Source: a phage. From it: a DNA stretch of 64,000 nt. The position numbers were made by a program, and so were the translations under genes. Where the stretch lies: the NCBI GenBank assembly GCA_014161675.1, contig GCA_014161675.1_4760.1, one strand, 5' to 3'. The first letter of the stretch is position 1. Each line of letters starts with the position of its first letter. Below the pieces are notes generated by a model that saw only the letters and a list, made by a program, of their open reading frames with translations, searched no databases and was not told where the DNA came from. Shown one piece after another: positions 44,979 through 54,170 of this stretch.

Positions 44979-46036
44979 TGAAAATTAGTGTTATCAATGA
45001 TGCCGTTGATAGCTTTAAAGCGGGGGTTAAAACCTCCGCTGGTTTTACCTCAAAAAATAAAGGGAAAACATTAACCGCTCAATTCCCCGCTGAACGTGCT
45101 AGCGGTAATGATGCTAGCGGTTATTATATCAACGACTTATATAATAATGGTCTGTTATTCACTGCATACGATTATACATCTCGTACTACTGGATCGTTGC
45201 GTGATTTCAGGAAAAAGAAAAATGTTGCTAGCGGTTTTGGCGGTAGCGTTAATATCGCTGGTTTTGATTTAAATTTGGGTGGGAGAAATGCTGCATTTGA
45301 CCGAGAGGCAATTGCTAATATTCTTCTTCCTCGTAGTCAATCTGACGTTGACGCTGCCAGCCATAAGTTTAATGATGTTGGTGAATCTGTTATTTCTCGC
45401 GGCGGTGGTACTTTAGGCGGTGCTCTTTCTAATATGGCATCTACTGCCGTTTTTGGTGGTATCGAAAGTATTACTGGTGGATACCTTGCCGATCACGGTG
45501 AACAGATTTATAATACTGCGCGAAGCATGTATGCGGGTGCTGACGCACGAACGAAAAACTACGTATGGCATCTAACCCCACGTAGTATTGAAGACCTTCG
45601 CAATATTCTGATCATATACGAAACGTTTTTAGAATTGTCTTATGGTTCTAGTGGTATTTCCAGCACCGCAAAAGAATTAAAAGCGGAAGTTGATGCGTGG
45701 TATAAAAATACACTATTGAGAAAATCCACTCCAGAGGAAGCGAAGAGAAATGATACTCTGTTTGAAGGGATCACCGATTTTCTATCAAACGTAATTACTG
45801 TATCTAACCCGACAATATGGATGATCTCTAACTTCGGCAAGCGTACATCGTTTGAAGGGCGTAGCGATGCATTTGGTCCCGCTCAGATCTCAAGTGTGCG
45901 TCTGGACAAGTCGCCTGATGGTAAGTTTAATGGCCTTGCTATTTCTCCTAACTTGCCGAGTACCTTTGTTCTGGAAGTAACATTTAGAGAGATCTTGACA
46001 CTTTCCCGTGGTACTATATTTGGGAGTGCGGCATAA
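44978..46036 (+). CDS. 48: gp48 baseplate-tail tube junction protein
   Basis: 352 aa (T4 364); synteny. Confidence 0.7.
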   Translation: MKISVINDAVDSFKAGVKTSAGFTSKNKGKTLTAQFPAERASGNDASGYYINDLYNNGLLFTAYDYTSRTTGSLRDFRKKKNVASGFGGSVNIAGFDLNLGGRNAAFDREAIANILLPRSQSDVDAASHKFNDVGESVISRGGGTLGGALSNMASTAVFGGIESITGGYLADHGEQIYNTARSMYAGADARTKNYVWHLTPRSIEDLRNILIIYETFLELSYGSSGISSTAKELKAEVDAWYKNTLLRKSTPEEAKRNDTLFEGITDFLSNVITVSNPTIWMISNFGKRTSFEGRSDAFGPAQISSVRLDKSPDGKFNGLAISPNLPSTFVLEVTFREILTLSRGTIFGSAA

Positions 46037-46968
46037 TGTTTGATTTAAATGACTTTAACGAACAAGCCGCTAACCTTGACTTTCAGCGATCTAACTTATT
46101 CAGCGTGGCATTTGCCACCACTCCAAGTAATAAGACACAAGCGATCCTAGAAAGTATGGGTGGTGCGGTATATGATATTATACCAAATGCATTAAATGAC
46201 TATTTCGGGATTACTCGTGGTGATTATACTGACGCATTAACAAATCTTGCTGTACAGGGTGTTAGGCGTGCTGTTGATTCATCTGGTGTCAAAAAGTATC
46301 TTTTAGGTGCAATGTCATCCCGCGTAGTTCAATCTCTTCTGGGGCAATTTGATGTTGGTACGTATGCTCTTGACTGGTTCAATATGGCATATAAGACAAG
46401 CGGTCTTCTGGTGTATGCTGTTAAGGTTCCAGAAAACAGATTGAATTATGAAATGGACCGTAACCACAATGCGCCAAACATTCGAATTACCGGACGTGAT
46501 TTTGATCCGCTTGTATTGAGCTTTAGAATGGACTCTAGCGCATCAAACTATAGAGCAATGCAGGATTGGGTTAACTCAGTAGAAGACCCCGTTACAGGGC
46601 TTCGTGCGCTTCCTGTTGACGTTGAAGCAGATATTCAGGTCAACTTACATAACCGAATGGGAGTTCCTCACACGATCATGATGTTTAATGGTTGTGTTCC
46701 TGTTGGTGTGAGTGCACCGGAATTAAACTATGAAAACAACAACGAAATCACAACATTCGATGTTACTTTCGCATATCGTTCTATGCAAACTGGTGCTGTA
46801 GGAGAGCAAGCCGCGCGAGAATGGATTGAGGATAAGGCAATAAACGCAATAACAAACACTTTCGGCAATAATTTACTTGATAGTGGGTTATCTGCTGCTG
46901 GTAATGCTTTATCGCGTCTAAATGGCGTTGGTGGGCGTGTGGTGAATACTGTCACTAACTGGTTCTGA
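46036..46968 (+). CDS. 54: gp54 baseplate tail-tube initiator
   Basis: 310 aa; C-terminal 'EITTFDVTFAYRS' resembles the tail-tube-like end of gp19. Confidence 0.75.
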   Translation: MFDLNDFNEQAANLDFQRSNLFSVAFATTPSNKTQAILESMGGAVYDIIPNALNDYFGITRGDYTDALTNLAVQGVRRAVDSSGVKKYLLGAMSSRVVQSLLGQFDVGTYALDWFNMAYKTSGLLVYAVKVPENRLNYEMDRNHNAPNIRITGRDFDPLVLSFRMDSSASNYRAMQDWVNSVEDPVTGLRALPVDVEADIQVNLHNRMGVPHTIMMFNGCVPVGVSAPELNYENNNEITTFDVTFAYRSMQTGAVGEQAAREWIEDKAINAITNTFGNNLLDSGLSAAGNALSRLNGVGGRVVNTVTNWF

Positions 46969-46977
46969 TAAGCGAAA

Positions 46978-47001
46978 GGCGGGGATTATCCCCGCCTTTT
47001 T
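46978..47001. terminator. Terminator hairpin after gp54 (also ends the minus-strand lipoprotein gene)
   Basis: GGCGGGG-attat-CCCCGCC followed by TTTTT. Confidence 0.55.
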
Positions 47002-47485
47002 ATTTTGCTAAATCATTGCAATATTTTAGTGCCTTAGTTTGAAATTCTGCGCTGTTAAGTTCTTCATAACGGTCATAATCACCGTTTAATGCTGCCTTTC
47101 TTGCTTCTTGCTCTATCTGCATGTCAGACATGATAATACAGCGATCCCGTGCTTTCATCTTCTCAAGTTGTATAGACTCTTCTTTCTGCTTGCGCAATTC
47201 TTCTTGACGCTTCTTTTCTTCTTGTGCTTTCTCTTCCCGCGCTTCTTTGATTGCATCCTTGAACATCTGCGTTTGTGGTTCTAAACCAACTTTAACGCGA
47301 TCCACGTCTCGACGTTCCATTTTAGAAATAAAGCACGATTCGATCTGATCATCACTTGCATATGCTGCTTTACATTCACGAAGCAAGAAAACCGGATCTG
47401 ATTTAGCATTCATCATAGCTTCCATGTTGGCACAACCAGTAAGCATGAATGCAGCCGCAAGACCAATCAGTTTAATCATTTTCAT
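47000..47485 (-). CDS. predicted lipoprotein
   Basis: Signal peptide with lipobox 'LTGC'; charged helical region; last gene of the alt operon. Confidence 0.55.
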   Translation of the reverse strand: MKMIKLIGLAAAFMLTGCANMEAMMNAKSDPVFLLRECKAAYASDDQIESCFISKMERRDVDRVKVGLEPQTQMFKDAIKEAREEKAQEEKKRQEELRKQKEESIQLEKMKARDRCIIMSDMQIEQEARKAALNGDYDRYEELNSAEFQTKALKYCNDLAK

Positions 47486-48306
47486 TTAGTCACCTCACCG
47501 AAAATTGTAAATTGTCTACGATTCTCATCACCGAAAGATTCTACTACGTCGTTTACCTTGACGCAAGTCCCGCGCGGTAAAATTACTTCACATTCGCAAG
47601 GATTCCATGCAATTGACCCAACAACAAAACCTTTATGATCTTTTACGTCAATTACCCATGATACATTACAAGAATGTTGCATCTTTCCGGTCATTGATTC
47701 ATATCGATTCTCACAATAAAGGCTAGTGCTGTTTGATAACCATCCTCCAAAGATGATCGGTGTCATGCTGGTAGATACAAAGTTTTTAAAGGTAAACTCC
47801 TTATCTTCAATGATACGCTCTATTGTCTGAATGTCAAGATGTTGACCGCGATAAAGAGTACCGTTTAACTTTTCGGTTTTATCCATGACGCAATCCATCA
47901 AATCGACAATCTCTGATATCTCATCGGTCATGTCTTCTTCCCCTAAGAGAGCACCATTTACCCATTCGTATTGCTCAGACACATAATCACAGATTGCATT
48001 ATATTCTGCTGGGGTTATGTTGTTATGTTTGTAATGTTTGAATACATTATCTCCAAAGTCTTCGGAGTGTACTTCATACATCACATTAATGATTTTCTTG
48101 ACAAATCCATAATCTTGTGTCTCACGCTCAAGGAAGCGGATAACCTTCACATAATCATCAAAGTTAATCTGATCGCTGATCATCTCAGTGATCATGTAAC
48201 CATTAATACCCTCAATGTCATATGTTTCGATGTAATTATCCATACGTTCCATCATTGATTCGCGTGATTCTTCCGAAAGACGAAAATCCTGTAATTTCTT
48301 GAACAT
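47482..48306 (-). CDS. ADP-ribosyltransferase, Alt-like paralog (R-S-E class)
   Basis: 'LYRGQ', 'FVSTS', 'CECEVILPRG' (R, STS, ExE motifs); shares 'IFGGW' with Alt; GGGAGG RBS. Confidence 0.7.
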   Translation of the reverse strand: MFKKLQDFRLSEESRESMMERMDNYIETYDIEGINGYMITEMISDQINFDDYVKVIRFLERETQDYGFVKKIINVMYEVHSEDFGDNVFKHYKHNNITPAEYNAICDYVSEQYEWVNGALLGEEDMTDEISEIVDLMDCVMDKTEKLNGTLYRGQHLDIQTIERIIEDKEFTFKNFVSTSMTPIIFGGWLSNSTSLYCENRYESMTGKMQHSCNVSWVIDVKDHKGFVVGSIAWNPCECEVILPRGTCVKVNDVVESFGDENRRQFTIFGEVTK

Positions 48307-48330
48307 TTTAAACCTCCCATATAACAGAAA

Positions 48331-48362
48331 ACGGGGGCTAGTATAAAACTAGTCCCCGTTTG
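48331..48362 (-). terminator. Hairpin between alt and alt-like gene
   Basis: 14-bp stem AAACGGGGGCTAGT/ACTAGTCCCCGTTT; U-rich tract follows on the minus strand. Confidence 0.45.
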
Positions 48363-48385
48363 AGTCAACCATTATTTCTTAAAAA

Positions 48386-50437
48386 TTACATTTTAAATTT
48401 ATCTGGCATTGCGTCTACAGATACCAGATCAGCGATAAGCTGACGTAGAGTTGCCTTATCTGCTTTCTTACGTTCGGTTTTAGCTTCGCTAATGAAGCTG
48501 GAGAAAGACAGGTCAGAAGCAGGTTTAATAACACCTTCACGGATGAATGCATCACCGTCCGCGATCATCTCGCCAGATTCTTGTAATGCTGCCAGTTCAT
48601 TTTTGTTCATAATATGTGCCTCAATGTAATAAGTTTCTTGTGAATCCGTCGATGCCGTAGCACGAGTTACCGTATCAAAGGATAACACAACACCGCGAGG
48701 AAGTAAAATCTCGCATTCTTTGTAAGCAAATGCTTTGTTACCTACTGGCAATACAGGGATGTTTTCCGCGCCAGCAATGGAGAAAGCAACATTAGCGCCA
48801 CCTTCACCGCGAGAGCCAGCCATAGAGTCAACACCAGCAACGGCACTAGCCACGTTTGCATTCCAGCCGCCAAAAATGTTAGGTGCAAGGGAAGTGCTCA
48901 CATAGTTTTTAAAGTAAAACGCTTTTTGCTTACGTGCAGTTTCCCACATTTGCGACCGGAAGTCCATACCACGATACAGAATAGTACCCGGATCAAGTTT
49001 AACGCCATAGTTGGAGAAGGCATTATCCAGTGCATCGCACATCTTGACCAATTCTTCTGGATCTGCGATGCCTTCAAACTCTTCCAGCTTACGGTCGGTT
49101 AGGAAGTTGTTCATATTGATGTATGCTGCATCGGCATATTCGCTCAACACAAAACCTTCCGCGCCTGGCAGATCAAGATCAATATCTGCCATCATTTCAC
49201 CCATGTTGCTAGCAATTGCTTCAAACATACCGGAGGCAACATTACGTAGGGCATCGGTTTTAATCTGGGTGATATGACTACGCAGCATTTCAGCTTTTAC
49301 ATCTGCTGGCATAGACTGGTCTACTCGATCCATTGCCAGGGCGGTGATCTTGTTTTCGAATACTTCCTCGCTCATGATTTCTTTTAAGCGTTTGACCGAG
49401 GCTGCGATAACTTCCGCAGACAATGGATCATATTGATCCTGAACTTTTACCAGTTCGCTTACTGCGTATTTTGCATCGGCTTCGCTTTCAAAAATAGTAC
49501 GCATGAAACCATAGCGAGTGATAATATCACTTGTCCAGTCATTCAGAGAACGAGCGGTTGAACGTTCTAAGGCTTGACGGTCAATCAGAGTATTAAACTG
49601 TTTCTTAGGTTCTGCTTCGGTGATATCTTCTTCCGGTTTAAGATTAATTTTTTCTGGATGATTCACATAGTCGCTGTTATAGGTCGCTTGAGTTTTCAGC
49701 ATTTCTTCTTTAGTCAAACGAGATTTAGCCGCTACGCGTTGTTCTGCTTCCGCGTTTCGTTCTTCTTCTGACACAAGACTAGCCGCATATGCCTCATCTT
49801 TAGTCAGAGATTCACCAGTAGCCTTAGATACCCAGCGATCACCTAAATCACTTTCTACTTTAGTGAACAAGGATTCATCAAGTTTAATCCCTTTAATCTT
49901 ATCAATCGCCATCCCGCGACGCTTGACAACAACTAAAGCGATCTTTTTGCTGGTCATTACTTCCTGCTGGAATACTTCAAACTTCGGTGTACGACGCACC
50001 AAACGCTCTATAACGCGCTTAACCAGTTCGGTCTTACCTTTCATGCGGGATACGTTAAAACGGAACATAACAGCGTCTAATTGCGCTTTACGGGCTGTTT
50101 CCATAACCACATCAAAAGCACTTGACATAACTGCAATCGGGTTATCGCCTAGACCATTTTTAAGCTGTACAATACGACCGCTTTTGTTCATTTCGCACAG
50201 TACAACATGTGCGGTCTTGTCACCCATACGAATGATTTTAGGTGTTTTGTTGGTGAAGTTACAAAGACGGACAATCACATCTTTATCGCGTGTCTGTACT
50301 GCAAAAAGCTGTTTAGGATTCTGCTTAGGCTTTAAGCACTGTACCGGAGCAATCCTGCCAAAGTTTTCTTCCTCTTCCGTCAACAGCCATTTCTCGAAAG
50401 ATTCAATCATTAGATCGTCGATTTCTAAGTTAAACAT
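48386..50437 (-). CDS. alt: Alt ADP-ribosyltransferase
   Basis: 683 aa (T4 Alt 682); 'ILYRGM', 'YVSTS', 'ECEILLPRG'. Confidence 0.8.
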   Translation of the reverse strand: MFNLEIDDLMIESFEKWLLTEEEENFGRIAPVQCLKPKQNPKQLFAVQTRDKDVIVRLCNFTNKTPKIIRMGDKTAHVVLCEMNKSGRIVQLKNGLGDNPIAVMSSAFDVVMETARKAQLDAVMFRFNVSRMKGKTELVKRVIERLVRRTPKFEVFQQEVMTSKKIALVVVKRRGMAIDKIKGIKLDESLFTKVESDLGDRWVSKATGESLTKDEAYAASLVSEEERNAEAEQRVAAKSRLTKEEMLKTQATYNSDYVNHPEKINLKPEEDITEAEPKKQFNTLIDRQALERSTARSLNDWTSDIITRYGFMRTIFESEADAKYAVSELVKVQDQYDPLSAEVIAASVKRLKEIMSEEVFENKITALAMDRVDQSMPADVKAEMLRSHITQIKTDALRNVASGMFEAIASNMGEMMADIDLDLPGAEGFVLSEYADAAYINMNNFLTDRKLEEFEGIADPEELVKMCDALDNAFSNYGVKLDPGTILYRGMDFRSQMWETARKQKAFYFKNYVSTSLAPNIFGGWNANVASAVAGVDSMAGSRGEGGANVAFSIAGAENIPVLPVGNKAFAYKECEILLPRGVVLSFDTVTRATASTDSQETYYIEAHIMNKNELAALQESGEMIADGDAFIREGVIKPASDLSFSSFISEAKTERKKADKATLRQLIADLVSVDAMPDKFKM

Positions 50438-50483
50438 TTTATATCCTCTAGTTGATAACCTATAAACCTATATTTATGAAAAA

Positions 50484-50498
50484 GGGGCTTAACGCCCC
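50484..50498 (-). terminator. Terminator hairpin (minus strand)
   Basis: GGGGC-ttaac-GCCCC; U-run on the minus strand; downstream of ORF 50508-50720. Confidence 0.45.
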
Positions 50499-50507
50499 CC
50501 CCATTTA

Positions 50508-50720
50508 TTATAATGCACCATCGAGCAATTGCTCTAAGGTGTATCCTGAATAGTCTTTTTCAATCAGGGTATATTTTCCTACTCGTTTAATCCAGCCACG
50601 CATTTCAACGTATTCTGCGTAGTTGATGGTGCGCGTTGTTCCATCTTCCAGTAATGCAGTACCGATTTCGTTAATGCGGTCATAAGTTACGTCGGTAATG
50701 ATGATTTCGATGTTAGCCAT
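50508..50720 (-). CDS. hypothetical early protein
   Basis: 70 aa behind promoter/leader unit 1. Confidence 0.5.
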   Translation of the reverse strand: MANIEIIITDVTYDRINEIGTALLEDGTTRTINYAEYVEMRGWIKRVGKYTLIEKDYSGYTLEQLLDGAL

Positions 50721-50756
50721 TTGATACTCCTTAGTAGTTCGTTTCGGTATGGGTGT

Positions 50757-50785
50757 ATTATGATATACACCATCTGTTATGTCAA
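50757..50785 (-). promoter_or_regulatory. Early sigma70-type promoter unit 1
   Basis: Minus strand TTGACA, 17 bp, CATAAT; inverted repeat GGTGTAT/ATACACC spans the -10. Confidence 0.5.
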
Positions 50786-50791
50786 CAACTT

Positions 50792-50971
50792 TTAGAACAT
50801 TTTTGAAATTAATTCTGCTTTGATTTCGCAGAGAACATCTAAAGATTTCTCGTCACCCGCTTTTGCTGCTTCTGCTTGCATTTTTGAAATGGCTTCAATG
50901 TCAGTGCAATTATAAGCCGCTTGAACTTTAGCGATTGCGATGATTGCCGATTCGATGGTTAAGTGTTTCAT
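50792..50971 (-). CDS. small hypothetical early protein (59 aa)
   Basis: Hand-translated 'MKHLTIESAIIAIAKVQAAY...'; behind promoter unit 2; below the ORF-track cutoff. Confidence 0.45.
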   Translation of the reverse strand: MKHLTIESAIIAIAKVQAAYNCTDIEAISKMQAEAAKAGDEKSLDVLCEIKAELISKMF

Positions 50972-51003
50972 GTTTGATTCTCCTTTCGTTTCGGTATGTG
51001 TGT

Positions 51004-51032
51004 AGTATAGGGGATCACCGATCCCCTGTCAA
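51004..51032 (-). promoter_or_regulatory. Early promoter unit 2 with palindromic spacer
   Basis: TTGACA, spacer GGGGATCGGTGATCCCC (17-bp palindrome, two GATC), TATACT. Confidence 0.55.
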
Positions 51033-51040
51033 CAACTTTT

Positions 51041-51559
51041 TTAGTTATTTTTTAATTGCTCATCTTGCAATAGGGCAATCACATGCTGGCGATGTTCTTC
51101 CGATTGAGGCACACCGAAAAAGTTTGTTTTGTAGAAATACTCTAATCGGTCTTCTCGTGTGCTCTCTTCCATCATGATCGCGGGTAGTCCGAGATTTCGG
51201 AAACGTCGCTTTTCTGCTGGCGTAAAATCACTGTAATACAACATAGAATCATCATTACCAGCAATGCTAAACTCATCCTTCATAAAGGAGAATATTGCGT
51301 TTAAACGCTGTTTACCGTCCACGATTTCGATCTCATAGCGAGAGCCATCATCAATCTTAGCCATTGCGATAGCACCAACCGGAAAATCATTAATCAGGTT
51401 TTCGATAAACATACGTTTGTTTTCTGTGTCCCATACTAAAGGACGCTGATAATCTGGGTTCATGTTGATATAGCCATCTTCTAACCACGCCTCATAAACA
51501 GAGATTACAAAGTTTTTAGTATTGGTATAGTAACGGCGTTTAGGTGTTAAACGGTTCAT
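51041..51559 (-). CDS. DUF262 / ParB-like (GmrSD N-domain-like) protein
   Basis: 'YQRPLVWDTENK...IVDGKQRLNAIFSFM' resembles the DUF262 DGQQR region; ATG 51559 with AGGAGA RBS preferred over TTG 51595. Confidence 0.5.
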   Translation of the reverse strand: MNRLTPKRRYYTNTKNFVISVYEAWLEDGYINMNPDYQRPLVWDTENKRMFIENLINDFPVGAIAMAKIDDGSRYEIEIVDGKQRLNAIFSFMKDEFSIAGNDDSMLYYSDFTPAEKRRFRNLGLPAIMMEESTREDRLEYFYKTNFFGVPQSEEHRQHVIALLQDEQLKNN

Positions 51560-51560
51560 G

Positions 51561-51893
51561 TTATAGTCTCCTGAATGGATCATCACGTAAATCAATATCT
51601 TTTAAGAACTCATCCCATGAATGGCGGATATTGTTCTTAATTCTCCAGATAAGAGCAGGGATTGAACGCTCTCCCATCTGGAAGTATGGATCATATGATC
51701 CGTATGCCCAATATGCTACTACAATTCCACAATCAGCGCAATAGTATTCTATTTCACTTGCTGGCGACCAAAGTCCATCAATATGATCGGTGATCTTGCT
51801 TTCGATGTTATGGCTATGACAATCAGGGCAACGGATGCAATGACCTTGTTTATCGTAATTTGACGTTAGCGAATACTTAAACAATCTCATCAT
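51561..51893 (-). CDS. zinc-ribbon protein
   Basis: 110 aa with 'CIRCPDC' and 'CADC' Cys pairs. Confidence 0.5.
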   Translation of the reverse strand: MMRLFKYSLTSNYDKQGHCIRCPDCHSHNIESKITDHIDGLWSPASEIEYYCADCGIVVAYWAYGSYDPYFQMGERSIPALIWRIKNNIRHSWDEFLKDIDLRDDPFRRL

Positions 51894-52606
51894 AGATCCT
51901 TATTTGCTTCAAATACTGCCTTTGCGAATCCTCGCGGGGTAAGTGACCTGATAGTCTTTGTTTTCGTTCCTTTCCCGCCTAGCTTAGAATGCTGTTTACT
52001 GTACCCTTTATTAATCTGCAACGGTTTCTTTTCTGGCATTATAAAGCCTTGTCCGGTCCATAAGCAAGTCTTTTTCGGGTACATATCACGGGCGGCGATA
52101 TACTCAGGAAAAGTAGGATGTTTATCATCTTCCGGCAAATAACCGCCATATTCCCACGGGTGGAACATGTAATCAGGCTTACGCCACATGCTAGAGATAA
52201 CGCTTACAGGATTCTCTATCATGTAGGGAACTCCTAGCCATTCACCCAAATAAGCGGTTATTTTAGCTGCCCTTACATCATGAACTTGAATCAATGGTCC
52301 TTGTTCTCGTTTCTTTCGTTCAAAGTGTGCAGCGCCACTAACAGCTAAATTGGTGCACGGTGGGAATGCAAAGATAATATCCGGTTTCCCCCATTCAAGG
52401 TCCATTGCTCTTTCCAGCCAATTCAAATCAATCCAGGTGTTTACATAGGTAATGTTTGGATGTTCAAATCTGGTATTATACTTTTTGTATGTGCCGTGGT
52501 CGCCATCATCAGCATTAAAGCAGATCACCTTATGACCTGCTTTAGCCCATTCTAGCCCCATTATCCCCGATCCGTCAAAGTTACAGAATATTAATTTTTG
52601 TTTCAT
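51890..52606 (-). CDS. compact C5-cytosine methyltransferase-like protein
   Basis: Motif I 'LIFCNFDGSGIMG', motif IV 'FAFPPCTNLAVSG', motif VI 'MIENPVSV', motif X-like 'IRSLTPRGFAKAV'; only 238 aa. Confidence 0.55.
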   Translation of the reverse strand: MKQKLIFCNFDGSGIMGLEWAKAGHKVICFNADDGDHGTYKKYNTRFEHPNITYVNTWIDLNWLERAMDLEWGKPDIIFAFPPCTNLAVSGAAHFERKKREQGPLIQVHDVRAAKITAYLGEWLGVPYMIENPVSVISSMWRKPDYMFHPWEYGGYLPEDDKHPTFPEYIAARDMYPKKTCLWTGQGFIMPEKKPLQINKGYSKQHSKLGGKGTKTKTIRSLTPRGFAKAVFEANKDL

Positions 52607-52848
52607 ATACGCCCCTTTAATCCAACACAGATTTTAGAAGGTTCTTTGCCGTGCCACATTAAGTAAAGTCCGTTAATGCGGCCTTGTTTTGTATATGATT
52701 CTTTTCTGATCTTCTTATAGTGTCGTGTTTCCTCAACTGATTGTTTAGAATACCAATCATAAAGGAAGAGGCACAAAGGCCAACCATTAGCGGCCTTAAT
52801 GCAGTTATTAAGAAATTCCTTATTGCGTTTAATTAATTTTCTTTTCAC
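52603..52848 (-). CDS. hypothetical protein
   Basis: 81-aa ORF in operon; start overlaps upstream stop. Confidence 0.45.
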   Translation of the reverse strand: MKRKLIKRNKEFLNNCIKAANGWPLCLFLYDWYSKQSVEETRHYKKIRKESYTKQGRINGLYLMWHGKEPSKICVGLKGRI

Positions 52849-53096
52849 GCTGCCCCCATTGGTTTGATAGTAACAGAATCTAAAAGACCTTTGTTAGCCA
52901 GTTCGCGGCAAGTTTTCAGATCCGCAACTTCCCAGCCAGCCGCAATCAGGTTATCAATCAGGCTGTTAGCAACTTCTTCGCTCATGAAAGAGCACTGTTT
53001 GCCGATGGTGTAGCGTACACGCTGTAATTTCAGTTTACGGAAGCCTTTAACGTTCAGGTCTTTAGCGATTTTCTTTGCGGTTTCGATGTTAGCCAT
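52845..53096 (-). CDS. hypothetical protein
   Basis: 83-aa ORF, first gene behind promoter unit 3. Confidence 0.5.
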   Translation of the reverse strand: MANIETAKKIAKDLNVKGFRKLKLQRVRYTIGKQCSFMSEEVANSLIDNLIAAGWEVADLKTCRELANKGLLDSVTIKPMGAA

Positions 53097-53136
53097 TGTT
53101 TGATTCTCCTAAGTGGTATCTCGTCTTGATGGTTGT

Positions 53137-53165
53137 ATTGTAGGGGAGTTATCCTCCCCTGTCAA
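53137..53165 (-). promoter_or_regulatory. Early promoter unit 3 with palindromic spacer
   Basis: TTGACA, spacer GGGGAGGATAACTCCCC (17-bp palindrome), TACAAT. Confidence 0.55.
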
Positions 53166-53179
53166 CACTTTTTATAAAA

Positions 53180-53347
53180 TTATTTGTTAATTTCTGGTGC
53201 GTTGCTAGGATAGTAACCTTCTTTAACTCCGAGGTATTTCGCAACCATCCCTACAATCTTCTGTGCTACTACAATGTCAAATTTCAGATAATCTTCGCCG
53301 TGGGTTTCAATGATATATGCTTCACATGCTGCTTTAGTCTCGAACAT
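53180..53347 (-). CDS. small early protein (55 aa), paralog of 56438-56605
   Basis: 'MFETKAACEAYIIETHGEDYLKFDIVVAQKIVGMVAKYLGVKEGYYPSNAPEINK'; below the ORF-track cutoff. Confidence 0.55.
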   Translation of the reverse strand: MFETKAACEAYIIETHGEDYLKFDIVVAQKIVGMVAKYLGVKEGYYPSNAPEINK

Positions 53348-53380
53348 TTTGATTCTCCTATTTCGTTTCGGTATGTGTGT

Positions 53381-53409
53381 ATTATAGGGGATCTCCTGAT
53401 CCCCGTCAA
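53381..53409 (-). promoter_or_regulatory. Early promoter unit 4
   Basis: TTGACG, palindromic spacer GGGGATCAGGAGATCCC, TATAAT. Confidence 0.5.
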
Positions 53410-53423
53410 CAACTTTTTTAAAA

Positions 53424-53705
53424 TTATTCGTGATTAGTTTCGATGTTGTGCATTTTGCACCAGTTCAGCCAATCACCCAGATCCTGATAGCTAATGCTTT
53501 TATCTGCTGCCATCGTTTTTGTCTTGATACCCATATGTGCGTTATGAGTAAGCATTTTTACAGTGAACTCAATTTTATCACCTTTAGCTTTAACATCAAC
53601 CAGTTTGGTCCACTGGCTACCAGCGCCGCGAATGTTCATACCAACGATGTTTCCGATGTATGCTTCTTTGTTTTTCAGGATTTCGGTTGCTTTGATGAAT
53701 TTCAT
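53424..53705 (-). CDS. hypothetical early protein
   Basis: 93-aa ORF behind promoter unit 5. Confidence 0.5.
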   Translation of the reverse strand: MKFIKATEILKNKEAYIGNIVGMNIRGAGSQWTKLVDVKAKGDKIEFTVKMLTHNAHMGIKTKTMAADKSISYQDLGDWLNWCKMHNIETNHE

Positions 53706-53738
53706 TTTTGATTCTCCAGTTCGTTTCGGTATGTGTGT

Positions 53739-53768
53739 ATTATGCTATGTTCTTACTTTGGTGTCAAC
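53739..53768 (-). promoter_or_regulatory. Early promoter unit 5
   Basis: TTGACA, about 18 bp, CATAAT, conserved leader ACACACATACCGAAACGAACTGGAGAATC. Confidence 0.5.
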
Positions 53769-53775
53769 AACTTTT

Positions 53776-54045
53776 TTAGATATTTTCAGAAATAAATTTT
53801 AAAACTTGACGTAAATGTTTCTCATCTTTGATGGTAGCCGGAAGTTCTTCTTTTACTTCCTGTGCAAGATAGATATTTCCGTTCCAAGTGAAAGATCCGT
53901 CTTCGTTTACGCGATAGCTGAACATCCACTCGCAATCATTTTCGATTTCATATACACACAGAAGGGTGTAATCGTTAAAGCTATTGATTTCAAGGTCGAA
54001 GCCGTGACGTTTTGCAAAGTTGGTAGTGGTTTTAGTCAGTGTCAT
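53776..54045 (-). CDS. hypothetical early protein
   Basis: 89-aa ORF behind promoter unit 6. Confidence 0.5.
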   Translation of the reverse strand: MTLTKTTTNFAKRHGFDLEINSFNDYTLLCVYEIENDCEWMFSYRVNEDGSFTWNGNIYLAQEVKEELPATIKDEKHLRQVLKFISENI

Positions 54046-54085
54046 TGTTTGATTCTCCTAAGTGGTATCTCGTTTCGATGTGTGT

Positions 54086-54114
54086 ATTATGCTATAGGCC
54101 GGATCTGGTGTCAA
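54086..54114 (-). promoter_or_regulatory. Early promoter unit 6
   Basis: TTGACA, 17 bp, CATAAT. Confidence 0.5.
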
Positions 54115-54170
54115 CAACTTTTTTAAAAATTTGGGCAATAAAAAGCCGACACTAAGGTCGGCTAATAAAA

